From an uncultured Deinococcales bacterium (lineage in GTDB: Bacteria > Deinococcota > Deinococci > Deinococcales > JAAFIG01), in NCBI GenBank assembly GCA_964247135.1, contig CAXTTL010000135.1:1-13314 (forward strand): DNA of 13,314 bases, in the 5' to 3' direction. A program made the position numbers and the translations under genes. The notes below the pieces were generated by a model. It worked only from the letters and a program-made list of their open reading frames with translations, did not search any database and was not told the DNA's origin. Shown here one piece after another: positions 8,279 through 13,314 of this stretch. Within the stretch, counting starts at the first letter, position 1. Each line of letters begins with the position of its first letter.

Positions 8279-10489
8279 TTAAAACTCGCCGACCAACTCT
8301 GGACGCGCAAAAACGATCTTGCCAGCCTCGAGTCCAATGTAAAGTTCGCCCTCTGGGAAAGAGATCAGTGACATTGAAAGCGGGTCTTCGATTTCGTCGC
8401 GCATAATCGCACGCAACTGACGGCTCGAGCCTTTGAGTTTGACTTTGGAAACAATGTACGGCGCGAGTTTCGGGTCAAATTCGACGTGCAAATCTCGAGA
8501 TTCGAGTTCGACCCGCATGTCCTCGAGCATGTCGCGGGTGATGCTGATGAGTTCGGCTTCGCCCAGGGGTTTGAAGCGAATCACCTCGTCGAGGCGATCC
8601 AAGAATTCTGGGCTGAAGAGGTTTTTAATGGGTTGCGTGTCGGTGATTTCGCCGTCGCCCGCGAATCGCACGCCGCTCGATTGGTTGAAGCCCGTGTTGC
8701 TGGTCATGATCAAAACGGCGCGGCGGAAGTCCACGGTCCGTCCAAGTCCGTCGGTCAGGCGTCCATCGTCGAGCACCTGTAAAAACGTGTTGTAAACGTC
8801 TGGGTGCGCTTTTTCGATTTCGTCGAGCAGAATCACGCTGAACGGTTGACGGCGAATCGCTTCGGTCAAACGCCCGCCCTGGTCGTGACCGACATACCCT
8901 GGAGGTGCGCCGATCAGTTTGGAAACGCTGTGCGCCTCCTGGTATTCGCTCATGTCAAAACGCACCAAAGAGCGTTCAGAACCGAACAAAGTCTTGGCAA
9001 GTGCTTTTGCAAGATGGGTTTTGCCCACACCTGATGATCCAACAAACAAGAACGATGCCGACACTCGGGTTCGTCCACCAAGTCCGACCCTCGAGCGACG
9101 CAGTGCCGCCGACAAAGCCCTGACAGCTTCGGGTTGACCGAAAACTTGCTTGCCCAAGTTGTCCTCGAGCGCCAGAAGTTTGCCGTCGTCGCGGTCATCG
9201 ACGTAAATGCCGCCCCAAGAGTCCACAATCGCTTCAATGTCTTCGCGGGTGACAATCGGTGTGCCGTTGCCGTCCTCGACCACTGGCACGCCGAGGCTGG
9301 CGTTCAGCCGCACCCTCGAGCCAGCTTCGTCAATCAGATCAATGGCTTTGTCAGGAAAATTCCGTCCTGGCAAGCTGCGTTCGCCGACCTTGACCGAAAG
9401 TTCCAAGATTGGGTCGGGAATGATGACATTGTGATGCTCTTCGTAACGTGGTTTTAAACCGCGCAAAATCTCGAGGGTTTCGGCTGGGGTTGGCTCGAGC
9501 ACGATCACGGGTTGAAAACGCCGCTCGAGTGCCGCATCTTTTTCGATGTAACGATGGTATTCACCGGTGGTGGTCGCGCCAATAACCTGCACTTCGCCTC
9601 TCGAGAGCGGTGGTTTGAGGATGTTCGCGGCATCGAGCGTGCCTTCCGCGCCACCCGCACCGACCAGCGTGTGCAACTCGTCCACGAAGGCGACCACTCG
9701 GGCTTGCCGCAGCTCTTCAATGATTTGCCGAAGGCGTTCTTCAAATTCGCCGCGATACTTTGTGCCAGCCACCACACCCGCCAGGTCGATGGAAATCAAA
9801 CGCACGCCGCGTAAATTTGGTGGCACACGGTTTTCGATGATCGCCAGCGCCAGACCTTCGGCAATCGCGGTTTTGCCCACGCCAGGGTCGCCAATCAAAA
9901 CAGGATTGTTCTTGGTACGACGACTGAGAATCTGCACCACACGCCGAATTTCCTCGGCGCGACCAATCACGGGGTCAAGTTTTCCCTCTCGAGCCTCTTT
10001 GGTGAGATCACGCCCGTATTCGTCCAGGAAAGGTGTGTTGGCTGGTTTTTGTTCTTGGCGCGGGTCGGCATGCGCCAGAATGCGCCAACGAATCGTGTCC
10101 ACGTCTCGAGACAAATCTTGCAAAATTCTGAACGCCACCCCGTCACCCTCGCGCAAAATGCCCAAGAGAATGTGTTCAGTGCCAATGACTTGCGAACCCA
10201 AATTTCGGGCTTCGGAACTGGCAAGTTCCATCACACGTCGCGCCCTGGGGGTAATCGCGGGGGCTTCGGTGTGACGCAAACCCTCGCCGCGACCGATGAT
10301 CTCCTCGACCCGACGCCTGAAACCCTCGAGCGTCGCCCCGAACTCGGTCAGGATGCGACACGCCGTGCCACCCTCACGCATCAAGCCGAGCAACAAGTGC
10401 TCTGGTCCAATCATGGCATGTCCGAGTTTGCTGCCCTCTTCCCTGGCATAATGAAACACCAACCGCGCCCGGTCGTCGTAACGGTTCAT
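8279..10489 (-). CDS. clpC: ATP-dependent Clp protease ATP-binding subunit, ClpC/ClpA type
   Basis: Two Clp-N repeats (EHLLLGL, EHILLGI). AAA1 GDPGVGKT and VDELH; AAA2 GSSGVGKT and LLDEIEKAHPDV. RBS AAGGAG. Confidence 0.93.
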   Translation of the reverse strand: MNRYDDRARLVFHYAREEGSKLGHAMIGPEHLLLGLMREGGTACRILTEFGATLEGFRRRVEEIIGRGEGLRHTEAPAITPRARRVMELASSEARNLGSQVIGTEHILLGILREGDGVAFRILQDLSRDVDTIRWRILAHADPRQEQKPANTPFLDEYGRDLTKEAREGKLDPVIGRAEEIRRVVQILSRRTKNNPVLIGDPGVGKTAIAEGLALAIIENRVPPNLRGVRLISIDLAGVVAGTKYRGEFEERLRQIIEELRQARVVAFVDELHTLVGAGGAEGTLDAANILKPPLSRGEVQVIGATTTGEYHRYIEKDAALERRFQPVIVLEPTPAETLEILRGLKPRYEEHHNVIIPDPILELSVKVGERSLPGRNFPDKAIDLIDEAGSRVRLNASLGVPVVEDGNGTPIVTREDIEAIVDSWGGIYVDDRDDGKLLALEDNLGKQVFGQPEAVRALSAALRRSRVGLGGRTRVSASFLFVGSSGVGKTHLAKALAKTLFGSERSLVRFDMSEYQEAHSVSKLIGAPPGYVGHDQGGRLTEAIRRQPFSVILLDEIEKAHPDVYNTFLQVLDDGRLTDGLGRTVDFRRAVLIMTSNTGFNQSSGVRFAGDGEITDTQPIKNLFSPEFLDRLDEVIRFKPLGEAELISITRDMLEDMRVELESRDLHVEFDPKLAPYIVSKVKLKGSSRQLRAIMRDEIEDPLSMSLISFPEGELYIGLEAGKIVFARPELVGEF

Positions 10490-10796
10490 GTGATGCTCCT
10501 TGCTCCGATGAAGTGCTTCATAAAGATGGTCTTAGTTTACCCCGTTCAGCCCCAATTCGTGTGCGTTTTGTCTTACGTTGCTCGAGTCAACCAAAATCCC
10601 TCGAGCCTTGTGTGCTTTAGTTTACGTGCTTGACGGGCAAATGGATTCAAAACCGATGAAAACCAGGGCTGCAAGCATTTAATTTCAGCTCACCAAAACC
10701 GTTGAAAACCCTAAACAGGACCAAAAACGCTGTCGCCAGAGATTCCCAGGGAGTAGACTGTAACCAGTCAGGATTTCTGACCGATGAAGGAGTCAT

Positions 10797-11150
10797 GTGA
10801 GTACAGCAACAATGATTGGTTACAAAGAGCAGATGGGTATTATTTTCGACGCACTGGAAGACAAAAAAGCCACCGATATCGTGATGCTGGATTTGACAGC
10901 GGTCAGCGATTCCTTAGATTACTTTGTGATTTGCAGCGCCACCAGCCAACCTCAAATGAGCGCCTTAGAGCGTCACGTGCTCGAGAAATTGCTGGAAGCC
11001 GATGTTCGCGCCGTGAATGTGGAAGGTCCAAGCCCGCGTTGGGTTTTAATTAACCTGGGCGCGATTTTGGTGCACATCATGACCCCAGAAACCCGCGATT
11101 TTTACGATCTCGAGGGTTTGTGGGCGGATGCCAAACACATGCAGCGTTAA
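10797..11150 (+). CDS. rsfS: Ribosomal silencing factor RsfS (Iojap)
   Basis: ALEDKKATDI, DYFVICSATS, WVLINLG.ILVHIM..ETRDFYDLEGLW motifs. RBS AAGGAG at 10787-10792. Confidence 0.95.
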   Translation: MSTATMIGYKEQMGIIFDALEDKKATDIVMLDLTAVSDSLDYFVICSATSQPQMSALERHVLEKLLEADVRAVNVEGPSPRWVLINLGAILVHIMTPETRDFYDLEGLWADAKHMQR

Positions 11151-11168
11151 GGTTTTTAAGTTGCGGTG

Positions 11169-11201
11169 AAACCTCGAGCAGACAACTCGAGGTTTTATTT
11201 T
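11169..11201 (+). terminator. Rho-independent terminator whose stem is two CTCGAG copies
   Basis: AAACCTCGAG-cagacaa-CTCGAGGTTT followed by TATTTT, just after rsfS. Confidence 0.75.
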
Positions 11202-11265
11202 GTTGCTTTACTTTGTCAAGGTTGTGTGAATATAAAACTGAACTTTCTATAATTTTGGTTTTTGC

Positions 11266-11295
11266 TTGACAAAAATAGAATTCATGCCCTAAACT
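11266..11295 (+). promoter_or_regulatory. Sigma70-type promoter, leaderless configuration
   Basis: TTGACA (11266-11271), N18, TAAACT (11290-11295), then 6 nt to ATG 11302. Confidence 0.65.
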
Positions 11296-11301
11296 CGAGC
11301 C

Positions 11302-11490
11302 ATGAAAAACAGAGACATCGCAGGTTTGGCAGTGATTGGCTTGTTCTTCGGCGGCTTGTTGGGCATCAGCTTCTGGGCATTGCTGGGCATGACGACTATT
11401 GGTCTAACCGCCCTGGTTTTTGAATTTGTCATGCGAATGGAAGCCGCAGGAAATCCCAAAACCGCCCGCATGATGCGCGACTCCTTCTAA
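11302..11490 (+). CDS. Small hypothetical membrane protein (62 aa)
   Basis: Long hydrophobic Gly-rich stretch (probably two TM helices), with its own promoter and terminator. Confidence 0.7.
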   Translation: MKNRDIAGLAVIGLFFGGLLGISFWALLGMTTIGLTALVFEFVMRMEAAGNPKTARMMRDSF

Positions 11491-11505
11491 AAACCCTTTC
11501 AACCG

Positions 11506-11540
11506 TCCCTCGTTCGTGTCTCGAGCGAGGGATTTTTCTT
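11506..11540 (+). terminator. Rho-independent terminator
   Basis: TCCCTCGTTCG-tgtct-CGAGCGAGGGA (one G:U pair) followed by TTTTTCTT. Confidence 0.8.
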
Positions 11541-11552
11541 GTAGCATGTTTT

Positions 11553-11882
11553 GTGCCACACTGGTCAGAAACCCTTGCCGCCAACCACCTCGAGCAACAC
11601 GGACTGAAAATCCTCGAGCTAAATTACCGCATTCGTGGCGGTGAAATCGACATTATCGCCCTGGCGCCAGACGGTACAACCGTCTTTGTGGAGGTCAAGC
11701 AGCGCAAGAGTAATTCGCACGGCACACCAGGCGAAAGCATCACCGCCCGAAAAGCCATGCTGGTACGTCGCGCCGCGCTGCAATACCTTGGACGCGACGA
11801 TATTGCCTGCCGGTTTGATGCCGTGCTGATCGAAGGAGATCAGAAAGCATTGAAACTCGAGTGGGTCAAGGATGCGTTTTAA
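11553..11882 (+). CDS. yraN: YraN (UPF0102) family putative endonuclease
   Basis: NYRIRGGEIDII, VFVEVKQR and CRFDAV motifs. Confidence 0.92.
   Translation: MPHWSETLAANHLEQHGLKILELNYRIRGGEIDIIALAPDGTTVFVEVKQRKSNSHGTPGESITARKAMLVRRAALQYLGRDDIACRFDAVLIEGDQKALKLEWVKDAF
11850..11882 (+). repeat. Direct repeat copy 1 (last 11 codons of yraN)
   Basis: TTGAAACTCGAGTGGGTCAAGGATGCGTTTTAA, 28/33 identical to 12419-12451. Confidence 0.85.
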
Positions 11883-11912
11883 ATCAATTCAAAATTGCGC
11901 TACACTAAATCT

Positions 11913-12416
11913 ATGGCAGCCCAAAACCATTTTGAAAAACTGATGATTGCCGCCGACGCCATTGGTGTGAGGCTCGAGATTATTTCTGGTTTGCCCGTTT
12001 GGGAAACCTCACCCGTTTACCGTCATCAAGTTGAAGTTGATCGTATTCGCAACACCATCCAAGCGATTGAAGGCAGCACATGTGCTTGTCACCATATTGC
12101 AGACACGGTTTTTGCCTTTCCAGACGGTTCTTTAAAACGCCCAGACATTGCCATCCTGTGCCGAATTCCAAACGAAGAAGAAATGGATTCTGCGCTAACT
12201 CAAATTCCAGCCGCCGTGGTGGAAATTATATCCTTGGGTTACGAAGAAAAAGACTTAAAACTCGCACCCAATTTTTACCTCGCTCAAGGCGTCAAAGACG
12301 TACTGATTTTTGACCCTCGAGCAAAGCTAGTTTGGCATCATCGGGTTGATGGCGTGAAATCGTTGAGCGTTCCACAAGAATTTAAGCTCGAGTGCGGTTG
12401 TACATTACAGATTTAA
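11913..12416 (+). CDS. Uma2 family (PD-(D/E)XK-like) putative endonuclease
   Basis: LEIISG...SP..RHQ, KRPDIAI, AVVEIIS, and Y..QGVKDVLIFDP motifs. ATG 11913 lies 6 nt after TACACT (11901-11906). Confidence 0.88.
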   Translation: MAAQNHFEKLMIAADAIGVRLEIISGLPVWETSPVYRHQVEVDRIRNTIQAIEGSTCACHHIADTVFAFPDGSLKRPDIAILCRIPNEEEMDSALTQIPAAVVEIISLGYEEKDLKLAPNFYLAQGVKDVLIFDPRAKLVWHHRVDGVKSLSVPQEFKLECGCTLQI

Positions 12417-12418
12417 AC

Positions 12419-12451
12419 TTGAAGCTCGAGTGGATGAAAGATGCGTTTTGA
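12419..12451 (+). repeat. Direct repeat copy 2: orphan remnant of a yraN 3' end
   Basis: TTGAAGCTCGAGTGGATGAAAGATGCGTTTTGA reads LKLEWMKDAF*, against yraN LKLEWVKDAF*. Confidence 0.85.
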
Positions 12452-12465
12452 AACTCGAGAACCGG

Positions 12466-13314
12466 TTACGGGTTTTGCTGGTGTTTTTTGAAGATCAACT
12501 CGAGTTTGTGATAAAGAGGTTCTAATTCTGATCGGTCTTTTGAATTACAGATTTCAAGGATCGTGAATTTATCTTGATAATTATAATCGTAGTCAATTAC
12601 AATTTCCTTATTTATGATGCGAAGCGTATAGATTAAAATAGGATTTCTCTGATCGTCTATTTGAATATAAATAAAAGAAACCATAAACGCAAAAAATGCA
12701 ATAAAAGCAGAAATCCACAAAGAATTCCCCGAAAATCCTATAAATATACCAGCGATGACCAAGGAAAATAAAAAGGCTACAATAGAAAAATACCAATGGC
12801 TTTCATAGGTTTCGACAATCTCGGCTGTATCAAATTCTCTAAGCTCTTGAGTCGTGTTCAATTCATTACTTGTCACTTTTTTGCTTGTTAACAGAATCGA
12901 ACTCGAGCGATACAAAACATGTTCAAGAAGATTATCAACAGGTTTTTCAGCCTCGAGTTTTGGTTGTGGTTGAACCGAAACCATCAACTCATCAGGCTCG
13001 AGTATTTCCCGCAAGGCACTTACCGTTTGCGGACGCTCATTGATATGCGACTTCAAACCTTGTTCAATCCCAAAACGCAAATTCTCGGCAACGTCGCTCG
13101 AGATTGGGGTCAGTTTTGCGCCAGCGAACAAATCCCCAGCGCTGGGTGGTTGCGTTCCTGTTAAGGCGTGATACAACGTTGCGGCAAGACCATAAACATC
13201 GGTGTACTCACCAAATTTTGCTTCGCTGGCATACTGCTCTGGCGCGGCATACCCAGGACTGACCAGTTGCGTGTGCTGGGTTCGCTCGCCAGCATGAAAA
13301 CTTCTTGCCGATCC
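12466..13314 (-). CDS. Hanks-type Ser/Thr protein kinase with C-terminal two-TM domain (5' end outside the window)
   Basis: The frame is open from the window end: GSARSF...VSPGYAAPEQY...TDVYGLAATLYHALTG...ERPQT (kinase subdomains VII-XI), followed by a linker and two hydrophobic helices. Confidence 0.9.
   Translation of the reverse strand, partial: GSARSFHAGERTQHTQLVSPGYAAPEQYASEAKFGEYTDVYGLAATLYHALTGTQPPSAGDLFAGAKLTPISSDVAENLRFGIEQGLKSHINERPQTVSALREILEPDELMVSVQPQPKLEAEKPVDNLLEHVLYRSSSILLTSKKVTSNELNTTQELREFDTAEIVETYESHWYFSIVAFLFSLVIAGIFIGFSGNSLWISAFIAFFAFMVSFIYIQIDDQRNPILIYTLRIINKEIVIDYDYNYQDKFTILEICNSKDRSELEPLYHKLELIFKKHQQNP

Noticed and set aside
9567-10633. Long plus-strand ORFs 9567-10274 and 10049-10633, and similar ORFs opposite folC, NAT and AKR
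   Set aside because: Antisense shadows of well-supported genes, with no recognisable motifs.
11895-11912. TTG start of Uma2 at 11895
   Set aside because: This stretch contains the -10 hexamer TACACT, and ATG 11913 fits the leaderless pattern better.
11553-12416. YraN plus Uma2 as the restriction-modification system for CTCGAG
   Set aside because: No methyltransferase is in the window, and nothing in the sequence indicates the specificity of either protein.
44-13102. CTCGAG abundance as an XhoI cloning or concatemer artefact
   Set aside because: The sites lie inside intact, full-length conserved genes (folC, clpC, rsfS) without breaking frames or motifs.
12466-13176. ORF-track start at 13176 as a separate 236-aa protein
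   Set aside because: The frame stays open to the window end and contains kinase motifs, so it is the 3' part of a longer gene.

Overview
Bacterial chromosomal window, most likely Deinococcota (Deinococcales-like). This is inferred from the Thermus/Deinococcus-type pilin N-terminus, a short ClpC and several leaderless-type gene starts. Gene order: 3' part of a hypothetical gene; two tandem type IV pilins; a convergent O-antigen-ligase-like (probable pilin glycosylation) gene; a minus-strand run of patatin/beta-barrel protein, folC, arylamine N-acetyltransferase, aldo/keto reductase and clpC; then rsfS, a small membrane protein, yraN, a Uma2 nuclease and the 3' part of a membrane Ser/Thr kinase. 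The dominant unexplained signal is the palindrome CTCGAG. I hand-counted about 98 copies against about 3 expected by chance. They occur in all reading frames and are built into intergenic hairpins, but are absent from the AT-rich pilin/ligase block (852-3324) and from the AT-rich kinase C-terminal segment. Other notable signals are a Uma2 gene flanked by a diverged duplication of the yraN 3' end, and a DnaA-box cluster over the folC start.
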